Positions 27,046-40,729 of a stretch of 64,000 bases of DNA are shown here, piece by piece (positions within the stretch are counted from its first letter, which is position 1; each line of letters opens with the position of its first letter). The notes below the pieces were generated by a model, which ran no database searches, was not told where the DNA came from, and saw only the letters and a program-made list of their open reading frames with translations. The DNA is from Eledone cirrhosa. Taxonomy: Eukaryota. Position numbers and translations under genes: made by a program. The stretch is taken from contig OZ024742.1 in assembly GCA_964016885.1 (NCBI GenBank), positions 332,630,001-332,694,000 of the forward strand. The letters run 5' to 3'.

Positions 27046-27606
27046 ATCGATTCCTTTCTGGGGTCGATTCTTCCTCTATATATGTTTGTCATTTCCTTTC
27101 TCGCACTTTCTATCTTTCGCCTGAAGAAATCTGCTTTTCTTAGACCTGGAGGGGGGCGGGCTCTGCCTGGCTTAAAATGCCCAAGAAACGCGCCCCTACG
27201 ACACTATCTAGAGTTAGAGGACCATGAATACGTAATTGTTGCAGAAGAATTTCGTATCTTTGCTTCCTTAGTTCAAATCACACTATGTCCTTCTTATTCC
27301 TTTTATTCTTTTTTACCCTCTTTTTTTCTTTTACGTCTTCATCTTCACCTTAGTTCCAATCATAATTTGTCTTATTTGGCGGAAAACATAATTCAATTTG
27401 GCGGTAAACTAAACCGATGTTCATCTTTAGCCAATGTCGTTCGAAGAAAAGTCACCACCCATTTAAATATTACGCTTGAATCGGAGGCGACCATTTATAC
27501 TCTCCGTAATTTTGTTCCGCTAGCGCTGCCTGCGGGGTGTGTACCCTGGCATTGGTGCCAACCGTTCGTTCTCTTCTGCCTTGTACTAGATAGAGAACAC
27601 GATCGG

Positions 27607-27668
<62 letters not shown>

Positions 27669-28013
27669 CAGAGAGAGAGATGGGGGGGGGGAGATTGGGA
27701 GACGGAATGGTGTAACTTCTACTTTTAACATATCAAGAAATGTTATAATACATATGATATAATAAATAGATAGTTTGTCACATAGATATATAGATAGATT
27801 TCTTTATTTACCATAAAGGCATAAAAAGAAGGGACAAATACAAAGGGGGAGTTTACATATAATCGAGTAAAAAGGGTGTAACATGAAAATAATCGAAAAT
27901 AACCTCAAAAGGGAGGGGACGTGATGGGGGTTGCAAACACCCCCGAAAAAGTGTGCAATCCTTTGCCCGGGGAGCACATGGAGAAGGTGCTCCCCTCTCC
28001 TTTACTTCTTTAC

Positions 28014-31000
28014 CTACAGGATGGTATACAGAGAAGGCCCATTTACACGAGCCATTCTCGCCACTATCACCCACCTTTCATAAAACTGCCTGTGGCCAAG
28101 CACCTCTCTCTCCATTCTTATCCTTCTTCCGAAGTGATATCGGAAGAAGTAGACCAGACTATGGCCAGAGAGGAAGTTGCCTGACCTCAGACCTTTCAAT
28201 CGTGTCCACCAAACAACCTCTTTCAACATGGCTATTACGGACAGAAAAACCGCCTTTGCTTCCTTTGTGAAGAGGGGAGGCGGTTTGATTGTCATCACGG
28301 ACTCGGCGGTCAATTTAATCGGCGCCACCCGCGACAGCAGTTGTTCGGCGTAGCCCCACAGATCAGCCACGCCCGGACATTGCACCAATGCGTGCGCTAC
28401 GGTTTCTTCGTGACGCACGCATCTAGGGCAAATCTTTTTTGAGGGATCCCTGCCCGGGCGCCCGTGTCTGTAGAGCCTCTCTCGAACGGGTAGAGCCCCT
28501 CGGTAGCACTGCCAGGCCAGTGACTTCTGGAAGTTGTCCATTGGTCCTGGGCCGAAAGTCCTACCGAACAGGCTGGCCAGTTCGTCTTCTTCCATGTCCA
28601 GCGACTCTCCAAGGGTGTCATCGCCCCTGCTAGCCACCAGCCCTCTATAGAATGATGAGGTGGATTCTCCACCGATGGCTTGGCCCGCTTGCCAGAGAGC
28701 CCTGAGCGCCTGAGCACACTCAGTGTTCCAGTCTCCCAGTTTTCCGGATCTTTGCTTGACCCAGGACTGTAGCTCGGTGAGTGAGACGAGTCTCGGAAAG
28801 GCTCGTTTCACGAACGGAGCCCACACCGGTTGACCAGTGAGGAATACCTGTAGGTGCCGTAGCCTTAATGCGTGCCTACGCATCATCAACCACGGCATCC
28901 CCAGCCCTCCTTTCGAAGGTTGTTGGCAGCAGATGGATCTTCTCACCATAGGAGGACGCTTCTTCCAAAGAAATTGGAAGAGCATGCGTTCCATGGTGGT
29001 GAGTGTTTCCTTAGGGCAAGGCACGACAGTCAGGCGGTAGTAAGTGACGGACGCTATGTAAATGTTCGCCACCTCCGCCCGGCCTTTTAGGGACAGCTTA
29101 CACTTGGCCCATTTCTGGGTTAGTGCAAACACCTTGTTCGTAACCTCGTTCCAGTTCTTTTCCACCTGGAGGTCCGGTCCAAACCAGACCCCAAGCAACT
29201 TTACCGGGCCCTCCGTCCAGTGTCCGACGACACAGTCAGGAGGCATCGGTTTGCCTCTCCACGTTCCGAGTTGCAGCCCGATGGATTTTTCCCGGTTCAG
29301 TTTCGCTCCTGACAACCTTTCGTACTCCTCCAGTAAGGTACCGATCGCCTCGATCTCCGAGTCGGTTGATACCATTACTGTTACGTCATCGGCGTAGGCC
29401 GACACCGCTTTGCTCAATCCTGGTTCCAGGGGGATACCCTGCAACAACTCCAACTTCCTCAGTAAAGGCTCGAGAGTCAATACGTACAGAAGGGAGGAGA
29501 GAGGGCACCCCTGTCGAATGGATCGTGTGATTTCGAATGGCTTCGAAAGGTAGCCGTTCACCTTGATCCTAGAACAGATGTGGTTGCTATGTAGGGCAGT
29601 GATCCAGCCTCTGAAAACAGGACCGAACCCAGCCGCCGCTAGCACCGCATCCAGGTAACCATGGTCGACCCTATCGAAGGCCTTAGACTGATCCAAGTTG
29701 ATCAGGGCCCCACCGAAGCCGGGTTTGTTGCCAACCCTCTCTATGATGTATCGCATGAGGTGGAGGTTATCGTGAATGGACCTGGATGGGATAGCACATG
29801 TCTGCGCATCTCCCACCAGGCCACCCACGACAAGCGCCAACCTCTTTGCTAACACCTTGGCCAAAATCTTTAACTCTGTGTTTAGCAGGGTTATGAGCCG
29901 AAAATTATTTATACTATCCCCCTTGTTCTCGTCCTTCCTCACCAGCGTGACTACGCCCTTGGCTACAGAACAAGGAATTCTCCCGTTCTGCTGCCAATTG
30001 CAGTAGACCGCTTCGAGGAGTTCGGAGAAGAAGACCGGCATTGCTAAATAAAGTTCGTAAGGTATACCATCGAGACCTGGAGATTTGCGTCTGCTGCATT
30101 GGCTCAGCGCATCTCCGATCTCATCAGCCGAGATTGGTCCCTCGCAGGACTCTGCCTCTTCGTTCGAGAGACGCGGCAGGCCGTCGAGGTATGGACCGAA
30201 ATCCACGCCCCGGCCCGGACCCTCGCCTCCCCCGAACAATCGGGCAAAGTGCTTTTGAAAGGCCTCGCACATCTGTTTAGGCTCCCGGATCACTCGTCCA
30301 TCTTCGTCTTGCAACGACCGGATGGTGGATCGATTTCCACTCTTAGCTTATGTCACGCGGGCCCATCCAACGGCTTTGGCCCCCTCATTACCTAGAGCAC
30401 GTATTTTACTTCGAATGACGCAGCCTTCGTGCTTTGCATCGAAAAACTGGTTCAAGGCCGTCCTCGATGCCAGCACTCTGGCCACATCTTCGCTCTTGAT
30501 TGCCTCTTCTAATTTACCTGTTAATTCTTTCTCGTTTCTAATCCTATCGGCAGCTAACATCTTGCTATAACTTATTGATTCTGTTCTAATCTCTCTTTTG
30601 AGAGATGCCCACCATCGGTTGTTGACGATTGCACCCGTCAACCTCTCCTTAACTAATCTGCTAATCCGGTTTCTGTAAGTCTCTTTTGCCGGTAAAGACA
30701 AATTAAGTTTCCAGTAACCGGGACCCTGTCTATGTGTTTTCTCGAGATTGACCACGCAGGTCACTAATTTGTGATCCGTGTAGCCAACCGTGCGCATTTC
30801 TGGACAGCTTAATATGTCCCTATCCTTACTTCTAACTAAGAATCTATCTAAGTACGATCTAGATTGACCACTGTGGTTTCTCCAAGTCCAGGTAGGCACA
30901 GTTGGAAAATCTAGTCGATATCTATCGACCAAGTTAAAACGGTCGAGTAACCCCTTGAGGCTGTTACACCCCCCTCTATTAGGACATGCTCCTGCATAGT

Positions 31001-31451
31001 CCCAACGTGCATCCAGGATGTCATTCCAATCCCCCGCTAGAAGCAGGGAACGCGACGTTCCCAGAAAAGTCTCCAAACGCTGGAAGAAGTCGGGCCGTTC
31101 AGCTCCGAAAGGGGAGTAGACGGCGACCAGTCTCAAGGCCGCACTTTCACTATTGCCAACGTCTAGCACCAACAAACGACCCTCCGGGTCCGAGTGCACA
31201 ACCTGTACGGCAAGACCCAGGTGTTTTTGCAGCAGTACGACAACCCCACCCCCACCTCCAGGTTGACAGAGAGATGCATGCACCTCAAAGTCATCGAAGG
31301 TGGGGGCCAGCTGCCGCACGACGCTGATTCGAGTCTCACAGATAACCATTACATTTATACTACATGACCTGAGGTCATTTAGAAGCTTTGCTTGCTTCCA
31401 AGTTGAGCCCAGGCCACGTGCATTCAAACATCCTACTCTTAACACATCCAT
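28014..31451 (-). pseudogene. ORF2 of copy A (APE endonuclease, RT, C-terminal Zn finger); one in-frame TAA at 30348-30350
   Basis: CLNARGL, ICETR, GDWN, SYLDRF, TDHK; KSPGLDG, DQSKAFDRV, RQGCPLS, YADD; CPRC..ETVAHALVQC; ORFs 30348-31451 and 28014-30314 are in the same frame. Confidence 0.92.
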
Positions 31452-31484
31452 GTGGGCGGCAGAGCCAAAGGAGAGTGTAGAGAC

Positions 31485-33383
31485 CTACCTTTCCGCTTCC
31501 CGGGGTTCGGGTTGCACGACTTCCATGGGGTCGGGGTGTTGGGTGAAGGGGTGTCTTGTGGTGGTGTGGGGTCGTCAGTGTGTGGTGGGGTTGGGGTGTT
31601 TGGAGTTGTGTTGGGGAGGGGAAGGGGAGGGGGAAAGCTTTTTAGTAGGACGCGGTTTATGGGTTTGACAGAGGGTGGTCCTACGTCCTCCTTAAAATCC
31701 TTTTTTAGTTTTTGGTAGAGGTTCATTGGGATTTTTATTAGTTTTAAATGTGGGTGGTTTTCTGACGAAACAAAGTTTACACCTTCGGTTTGTACCGAAG
31801 GATTATTGTATATGAGTTCATTTAATTTATTGTTGTTTCTGTTGATGTAAGTATAGTGTAATGTCTTTTTTCCGATGGTGTGAGTGTTTCGAAGAGGGGA
31901 GGGGCAGGTTTGGTTTTGTTTGTTGCTGGAGGGGTGTTTTCTGTTTTGTTGGATTGTGTTGCGATTTGGGTGGGGGTTGTTTGTCCTTGTGTGTTTTGCA
32001 CATGTTTTCTTTTTTTCCTTTTAATCTGTCTGAAGGACTCCGTTTCTTCCTCCGAATTCGTTGGGTTATCTTCAGTGTTGGAGGGAAGAGGTATGTTTGC
32101 TGGTAATGTTTCCGTGTTGGTTTTCTTTGTGGAGGAGATGGATGTCACTATGTTAGACTGTGTTGTGTGTTGTGTATGCGGTGGTTGTGTTGTTTTCTTG
32201 AGTGAGAGGTTGGGTGGGCCTGTATTTTGTTTTGGGGTAATGTGTTGTGACTGTTTGTGTTGTGGTGGTGTTGTGGTTTTACTGAGGGACGGGTTGGGTG
32301 GGACTGAGTTTTGTTGTTTGTTTATCTGTTGTGGTGGTGGTGGTGGAGCTGGTGTTGGTAGCAGGGTTTTCTTTTTGTTGAGTTGGGGACAAGCGGCCTT
32401 CAGGTGCCCTCTGCCTGCACAGATATGGCAGGACGGCCTTCTCCCCTCCACGCTAATGTTTATATACCCGTGGTCCTCTAATAGGATTCTGTCGGGTATT
32501 TGGGCGATGCGTTCAGGCTTCATTTGTACTACCAGCTCTATACCTGTTCCACTGAACGCATTGCCTGTGGTTTTCCCAATGGAAATCACGTTGTCATTCA
32601 CTGGATCGATGAAGCCAGCTATGAGCCAGCAGTAGTCCACATCTGGCATCATTGCATCCAGCCATATGCGTTGAGTTCTTTTCCCCATATAAGATGGATA
32701 AAAGGTGAAATTTTTTGAACGAATCGGTGACAAAGCACATTTTTTTGCCGCCGATTCGTTCTTCATGATAATTGCTAGGCTTCCATACAGTCTGTCTTTT
32801 CTTATGAAAGTTGTTTCATTCAGTACTTCTGTGAGTACTGTTTTGATATCTGCTTGAGAAGGCTGTTCAGGTTTTTTTGTACTGTTGTTGATGGTCCGAA
32901 ACTTGACCGTTCGGCTTTCAATGTCTTTCGTGAATTCTTGAGGCATTTTTACCGATAAAATACCATTCTCACCTTCACTTATGTATTGTTTGGCGTCCGT
33001 GATCTTCGTACCACATCTGAAATGTTTTCCGCTATATAAGTCAAAGATTTCTTTGTTTTCTGTGCAAATGAAATCTTGTCGTCTGCTTTGTTTTCTGATA
33101 TGGTGTTATTTTCAACTGTTATTTTTTTGTTTGTTGTGTCTTTGTTTGTGTTATTAGTATTGTCATGCAATTTTTCAAATTTTTTTTTTTCGTTGTTGGA
33201 ATCCAAGTCCAGATTTATGTTTTCGTCATTTAATTTTTTCTCCGCAGATTCGTCCGTTTTTATTTTAATTTTTCCTTCCTTCTCTATGACGTTAGTGTGG
33301 AAGGAAGGGAGGACTAAAGCGTGCGAGCTTACAACTCTTACCGCTGTCCCCCCACCACTATTTTCGTTCGCTGCGTTTAACAT
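31485..33383 (-). pseudogene. ORF1 of copy A (gag-like CCHC knuckle), disrupted
   Basis: CHICAGRGHLKAAC knuckle in ORF 31822-32946; C-terminus ..EPREAER* matches copy B ..DTRDAER*. Confidence 0.8.
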
Positions 33384-33652
33384 TTCTGTTAGACGATTGA
33401 AATTTTTTACACGAAATTTTTTAAAACAGGTTTTTCACCTCTAGGAGGGGTAAAGATGAGCTGACCCACCGCCTGACAGTTCAGACGGATGGTCAAGATG
33501 CACAATTGTATCAAAATTAAGTTTGAACTCACAACATTTCCTCAATAAATTTGAACAAAACTTCTGTGCGAAGTGAATGACATCCACACTGTAGAACAGA
33601 CGACAGCTAGATTATAGATATATAGATAGTTAGATGGAAAGATAAATAGATA

Positions 33653-36600
33653 TGTTTCTTTTATTTGCCACCAAGGCATCAAAAGTGGGACAAGTACAAC
33701 GGGGGGAGTTTACAAAACAAGGCGTCCTCAATAAGGAGGAGGCAATAACAATATATAAAAATAAAATAAAATATAACAAAAAATAAAATTTATAACAAAG
33801 TCCTCAATAGAGAGGAGGCGCCTTGGGGGGTCGCACACACCCCCGAAAAAAAGTGTGCAACCCTTTTCCTCAGGAGCACAGAGAAGGGGTGCTCCCTTGG
33901 TCTTTCATCTTCCTCACTTATAGTCTGATGTAGAGTGAAGGCCCATTCACACGGGCCATTCTCGCCACTTTCACCCATCTTTCATAAAAACGGCTGGGGT
34001 GCAGCACCTCTCTCTCCATCCTGATCCTTCTTCCGAAATGATATCGGAAGAAACGGACCAGTTGTTGGCTAGAGAGAAAGGTGTCTGACCTCAGTCCTTT
34101 CAGACGCGTCCACCATACAACCTCTTTCGCCATGGCTATTACGCACAGAAACACCGCCTCTTCTTCGTTTTTGAAGAGGGGAGGCGGCTTGATCGTTACA
34201 ATAGACTCGGTGGTCAACCGGATCGGACCCACCCTTGACAGCAGTTGTTCGACATAGCCCCACAGATCGGCAATGCCCGAGCAGTGTACCAATGCGTGTG
34301 CAACGGTTTCCTCATCGCACACGCATCTGGGACAGATCTTTTTCGAGGGGTCCCTACCCGGGCGCCCGTGTCTGTAGAGCCTTTCTCGAACGGGCAGAGC
34401 CCTTCTGTAGCATTGCCAGGCCAGGGACCTCTGGAAGTTGTCCATGGGTCCCGGGCTGAATGTCCTACCGAACAGGTTGGCCAGTTCGTTTTCCTCCATG
34501 CCTAGGGCTTCTCCGAGGGCGTCGTCGCACCTGCTAACCACCAGCCCTCTATAGAATGACGAGGTGGATTCTCCACTGACAGCTGGGTCCGCCTGCCAGA
34601 GAGCCGTGAGCCCCTGGGCACACTCGGTGTGCCAGGCGCCCAGTTTTCTCGGTCTTTTCTTGACCCAGGATTGCAGCTCGGTGAGTGAGACGAGTCTGGG
34701 AAAGGCTCGCCTCACAAACGGGGCCCACACCGGTTGACCGGAGAGGAATACCTGAAGGTGCCGTAGCTTTAATGCGTGTTTACGTATCATTAGCGACGGC
34801 ACCCCCAGCCCTCCTTTCGAAGGGTGTTGACAGCAGATGGATCTCCTCACCATAGGAGCCCGCTTCTTCCAAAGGAATTGGAAGAGTGCGCGCTCCATTT
34901 TGGCGAGCGTTTCCCTTGGGCAAGGCACAACGGTGAGGCGGTAGTAGATGACGGACGCTATATAAGTGTTCGCCACCTCCGCCCGACCTTTCAGGGACAG
35001 TTTGCACTCGGCCCACTTCTGGGTCAGTGCAAACACCCTGTTCGTTACCTCACCCCAGTTCTTCTCCACCTGGAGGTCTGGTCCGAACCAGACCACGAGC
35101 AACTTCACCGGGCCCTCCGTCCAGCGCCCGACGACGCCATCGGAGGGCATCGATCTGCCCCTCCACGTGCCGAGTTGCAGACCGGTCGACTTGTCCCGGT
35201 TCAGCTTAGCCCCTGTAAAACTTTCGTACTCCTCCAGTAAGGTGCCGATCGCCCCGATTTCCGAGGCGGTCGACACCATTACTGTTACGTCATCGGCGTA
35301 GGCTGACACCGCTTTCCGCAATCCCGGTTCCAACGGGATGCCCTGCAACAACTCCAACTTCCGTAGCAGTGGCTCTAGAGTCACTACATACAGAAGGGAG
35401 GAGAGAGAGCACCCCTGTCGGATGGACCGCGCGATTTCGAACGGCTCCGAGAGGTAGCCGTTCACCTTGACCCTAGAGCAGATGCGGCTGCTGTGCATGG
35501 CATTGATCCAGCCCCTGAAAACGGGTCCGAAGCCTGCCGCCGCTAGCACCGCATCCAGGTAAACATGGTCGACCCTATTGAATGCCTTAGATTGATCCAA
35601 GTTGATCAGGGCCTCACCAAAGCCGGGTTCGTTCCCAACCCTCTCTATGATGTATCGCATGAGGTGGAGGTTGTCGTGGATGGACCTGGACGGGATAGTA
35701 CATGTCTGCGCATCTCCCACCAGGTTACCCACGACAAGCGCCAACCCCTTTGCTAGCACCTTGGCCAAACTCTGTAACTCTGTATTTAGCAGAGTTATGG
35801 GCCTGAAATTATTTATATCGTCCCCCTTGTTCTCGTCCTTCCTCACTAGCGTGACTACGCCCTTGGTCACAGCACAGGGAATTCTCCCGTTCTGTTGCCA
35901 GTTGCAGTAGACCGCCTCGAGGAGATCGGGGAACAAGTCCGGCATAGCTAGATATAGTTCGTATGGAAGACCATCGAGACCCGGGGATTTGCGTTTGCCG
36001 CATTGGCTCAGCACGTCCTCTATCTCAGCGGCTGAAATCGGCTCCTCGCACAACTTCGCCTCCCTGTCCGAGAGACGCGACAGGCCGTCGAGGTATGGAC
36101 CGAAGTCCACATCCCCAGCCGGCTCCCCGCCCCTTCCGAACAATGCGGCAAAGTGCTTTTGAAAGGCCTCGCACATCTGCTTAGGCTCAAGGATCACCCG
36201 TCCATCCTGGTCTCGCAAAGACCGGATATTGGATCTGCTCCCTCTTTTGGCTTCTGTCACGCGGGCCCAGCTAACAGCTTTGGTCCCCTCGTTTCCCAGA
36301 GCACGTATTTTGCTTCGGACGATGCAGCATTCGTGTTTCGCGTCGAAGAACTGGCCCAGGGCCGTTCTCGACGCTAGCACTCTGGCCACGTCACCGCTCC
36401 TAATTGCCTCTTCTACACTATCTACCAACTCCCTTTCCTTCCTATTTCTATTTGAGGCTAACTCCTTACTAAATTCTATAGAGACTACTCTAATCGCTAT
36501 TTTGAGAGATCCCCACCACCTGCTGTTGACGATGGCGCCCGTCAACCGCTCCTTAACTAAAGTGTTAATCCGGTCCCTGTAAGCCTTACTTGCCGGTAAG

Positions 36601-38295
36601 GACAAGTTGAGCTACCAGTAACCGGGTCCCTGTCTATGAGTTCTGTCAAGGTTGACCATGCAGGTCACTAACTTGTGGTCTGAATAGCCAACCATGCGCA
36701 TTTTTGGACAACTTAAAAAGTCCTTATCCTTAATTCTAACTAAGAACCTATCTAGGTACGACCTAGATGATCCGCTACGATTTGCCCAAGTCCAGGTTGG
36801 CGCAGTCGGAATATTTGGTCGATATCTATCGGCCAGGTCAAATCGACCGATTAACCCTTTGAGGCTATTACACCCCTCTCTATCGGGACAGGCCCCTACG
36901 TAGTCCCAGCGTGCATCTAGGATACCATTCCAGTCCCCCACTAATAGCAAGGAGCGGGACGTCCCTAGAAAAGTCTCCAGACGATGGAAGAAGTCCGGCC
37001 GCATTGACCCGAAAGGGCCGTAGGCGGCTACCAACCTAAACGCTCCGCCTTTACCACTGCCAAGGTCCAGAACCACTAGTCGACCCTCCGGGTCCAAATG
37101 TACCATCTGTGTTGCGAGACCTAGATGTTTTTGCAGCAGAACGACAACCCCACCCCCACCTCCGGGCTGACAGAGAGATGCGTGCATCTCAAAGTCATCA
37201 AAGGTGGGGGCCAGCTGTCGCACGTTGCTGATCCGGGCTTCGCAAATAACCATTACATCTATACGTTGTGACCTGAGGTCATTTAGAAGCATTGCTTGCT
37301 TCCAAGTTGAGCCCAGGCCACGCGCATTTAAACAGCCTACTCTTAGCATAGCCATGTTGGCGGTGAAGAGAAAATGCACTTACCTCTCTGCGTCCCGGGT
37401 ATCGGGCTGCACAATTTCCATTAGGGTGGGGGATGGGTTGTTGGGTGGGGTGGTGGTTTGTGGAGGTGTAGGGGTATCAGTGTGTTGTGTGGTTGGGGAG
37501 TTTGGAGTTGTGTGGGTGATTGGGGAGGGGGTGGGGTAGTTTTTTAGGAGGACGCGGTTAATGGGCCCGACGCAGGGGGGACCCACGTCCTCTTTAAAGT
37601 TGTTTTTTAAAGTTTTATAGGTGTCCTATAGGGCCTTAATCATTTTGAGGTGGGGGAAATCCCCTGCCTGGGTGAAGTTAGGCCCTTGGGTTTTTATTAG
37701 ATTGTTGTTGTACACAATGTTTAACAGTTTTTTGTTTCTTGTGTTTATGTATGTGTATGCATGTTTTTGTTTTTGTGTGGTGTTTTTTGTTTGCTGTTGT
37801 TGTGAGCTCTTTTGTGTTGGTGTCAGTGTTATGTTTTGGGGAGGGGTTTTTTTCATTTGTGTGTCTGAGGTGTGTTTTCTTTTTTTTCTTTTGATTGTGT
37901 GGAAGTGCTCCTCCTCGTCTGACGACGAATTAGGGTCATCTTCCGCGTTGGAGGGGAGGGGTATACTTTCGGGTTGTGTTTGCGGTGCGGGTGTTTTGGA
38001 AATGTTTTTGTTTTTTGAGTGGGGGGAATGGGTTGGACATTGTTTTGTTTTGGTTTGAGCTGTGGTGGTTGTTTTTGTAATGGTAGTTGTGGTGATTGTG
38101 TTGGTTGGGCAGTTGTTGGTGGTGTAGGCAGGATTGGGGTTTTCTTATTAAGTTGGGGACAGACAGCCCTCAGGTGACCTCTGGTTCCGCAGAGGTAACA
38201 CGAGGGCCGCCTACCCTCACCGGTAATGTTGATGAAAATTTGATCATCCAGTATGACGCGTTCAGGGATCTGGGCGATCCTTTCGGGCCTCATTT
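33653..38295 (-). mobile_element. 5'-truncated Tx1/L1-clade LINE (copy B, sister subfamily) with 20-bp TSD gatggaaagataaatagata (33633-33652 / 38296-38315)
   Basis: Truncated inside ORF1 (QMRPERIAQIP..CYLCGTRGHLRAVC); exact direct-repeat flanks. Confidence 0.92.
33918..37355 (-). pseudogene. ORF2 of copy B (APE, RT, Zn finger); one in-frame TAG at 36612-36614
   Basis: GPGYW*LNLSL versus GPGYWKLNLSL in copy A; YADD and CPRC..HALVHC intact. Confidence 0.92.
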
Positions 38296-39021
38296 GATGG
38301 AAAGATAAATAGATAGATGGATAGAGAGGGAGAGAGAAAGAAAGGGGGGTCGATTGATAGGTAGATAGATATAAGAGACGAAAATATGTGACTGCTACAT
38401 GTGACATGTCGGGCGAAGTATGTGTTATACTAAAGTTATGTAACATTATGAAATGGGTCCATTTCAATGTTTAAAAAATACAGTAGTTCAAGAAGTATGA
38501 ATAGAAGAAAGTGAAAAACATTCAGGAGCGAATTCCTTGAAAACAGTCAAGATGGATTAGACGGAGAACGCTACGTTAAGAGCTAATATAATATTAAGAC
38601 GAAAACATGTTTTGCCTTGTCATCATTTTACCCTAATACCAACATTATATTTGTATCCGCGTTGTACCAACTTTCCGAACGATATTTTTTGTTTGTTTTT
38701 TTTTATAATTTCCCCATGTTGCCTCGACTAAGGAAACAGTATGTATTATATACTTTTCCATTTCTGTTAGACTTGAAGATTATTATTCAATTATTGGTGG
38801 TTCCAATAATAATTCTTCTCCTACGAAACCACAGTAGGTAAATCTATATATAAACGAAGTTACATAAAATATTCATTTTTTTAATCTTTTTATTGATCCC
38901 ATTTAATTTTCTCATTTAATTTTGATATATAATATTGCTTTCCTGAGAGATTTCTTTCATCGAGATGTCTAATTATTAGAGACTAATTAACCTATAATTA
39001 ATATATATGTATATATATACA

Positions 39022-39101
<80 letters not shown>

Positions 39102-39360
39102 ATATTAGAAGAAAAGAAGTGAGCTGTGTGGTTACTGTGAACGAAGTTTAGGATGGCAATATGGACGAAACAAGAGAAGAAATCCTTCAGCAGCTGTAAA
39201 CCGCAGGACATCAAAAGCGATTAGCGGTGCGCCCAAGGCCTTTTATCGATCAAAAGGCTGGGAGCGAAAGAAAAGAAAAAAAAGGAAAAGTAGAGAGGAG
39301 AGACGAAGAAAAAGAAAAAAACGAGACAAGCAGACCGAAGGAGGGGGACGCAGGATGTGG

Positions 39361-39420
<60 letters not shown>

Positions 39421-40729
39421 AGTGAGTGTGTGTGTGTCAAGCATGCCTCTATAATATATACACGTCTATTCTTAACAGTGTATGAGTCTGTCAATGTGAA
39501 TGCATCAGTATGTACACCCTTTATGCAGTGGTAATCATATGTTTAGTTTATACAGTCAATAAAAGCCAATACCCATGTAATATATGTATGCAAACTAATA
39601 TTTACACAGGTACAACTTTCAAAATTCACGTCTCGCAAAGTAAGTATAGAAGTATTAAACTCATAACTCTAGTCATGATTTACCTTTGCAATTAAAGTAA
39701 AATAAATAGAAATAGCTAAGAAATATAAACAATAAATCAAACTTCAGTTATGTGCAAGAAAATTATTAGAATTGCTAGCCTGATGTTGGTAGGTGATAGA
39801 TTTTCTGAAGTTCTTTGAATATTAATGTATTTTGACAGATGTGGCAGTCATTCGCAACGTTTTCCCGGTATAGTAGCCTGAAGGTTAAGATAATTTGTCT
39901 GAAAAATATAATTATAAAATCATTGTAAATATTTTTCTCACATTTGCATTTTTATCACAAAATTCTAGAATGAAATGAAGAATATAAATTACCTGGAAAA
40001 TTGCTATATTCGATTTTCCTATAGTTTCATAGCTAGTATTAAGTTAAAGAAGATGATTATATAGTGGTCTGAGATTTAACTTTTTATTCGACTATTTTTT
40101 CCAAACTTAAATATTATATATTTTCAATTAAATCCTAAGTGTGTTTTGGGGTACATTATTGTATCTGCCCTCGAACAGATGATAAACAAATTTGAGCTTG
40201 ATGGGTTTGAATGCTGAAATATACTCCAGAGCCGATCATTGATCTGCGATCACAAATCTAAAAGGAACAGTATTATGAGCAAAATGTTTTGTTAAGTATT
40301 TACTAAAGGAAAAATGATAAAAATACTTAGAATACCGGGTTCGATTCTTATGTAGTATTTCGACATAAGAGGGTTGAACAGTTTTCTAAATTTAATTGTT
40401 ATGGTTATGCCTTAAATGGCACTTCAGTCTACTTGCTGATTTCTACATCAAGCCGCGTCCTCTGCAGATGACATAGATTTTGAGCAGGATGGAAAGTTTG
40501 ATCAAATCTCGGTGTTAGATCCTAGAACACGAAGATTTTTCAAAGTTCTTTATACCCTCATAGCAAAAAGTTCTCCATTTCCACACCCAGGGCTGGTTAT
40601 GTCCTACGAATGACTGAGCACTGCACATAATGGTGCGCGTAATAAAGGCAGACCATTAAGATGCATCTCGTGAATAGACTGGCATTTGGGCTCTATCAGA
40701 ATGTGCATAAGCACAGATAGAGCAAAGGT

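Larger units (their letters stand above)
27798..33613 (-). mobile_element. Full-length Tx1/L1-clade LINE (copy A) with 16-bp TSD atagatatatagatag (27782-27797 / 33614-33629)
   Basis: 5' UTR, ORF1, ORF2 and a 3' UTR ending aaataaagaaat with no poly(A); direct-repeat flanks. Confidence 0.92.

Noticed and set aside
26947-27762. 271-aa plus-strand ORF
   Set aside because: Runs through a SINE and (GA)n; no domain
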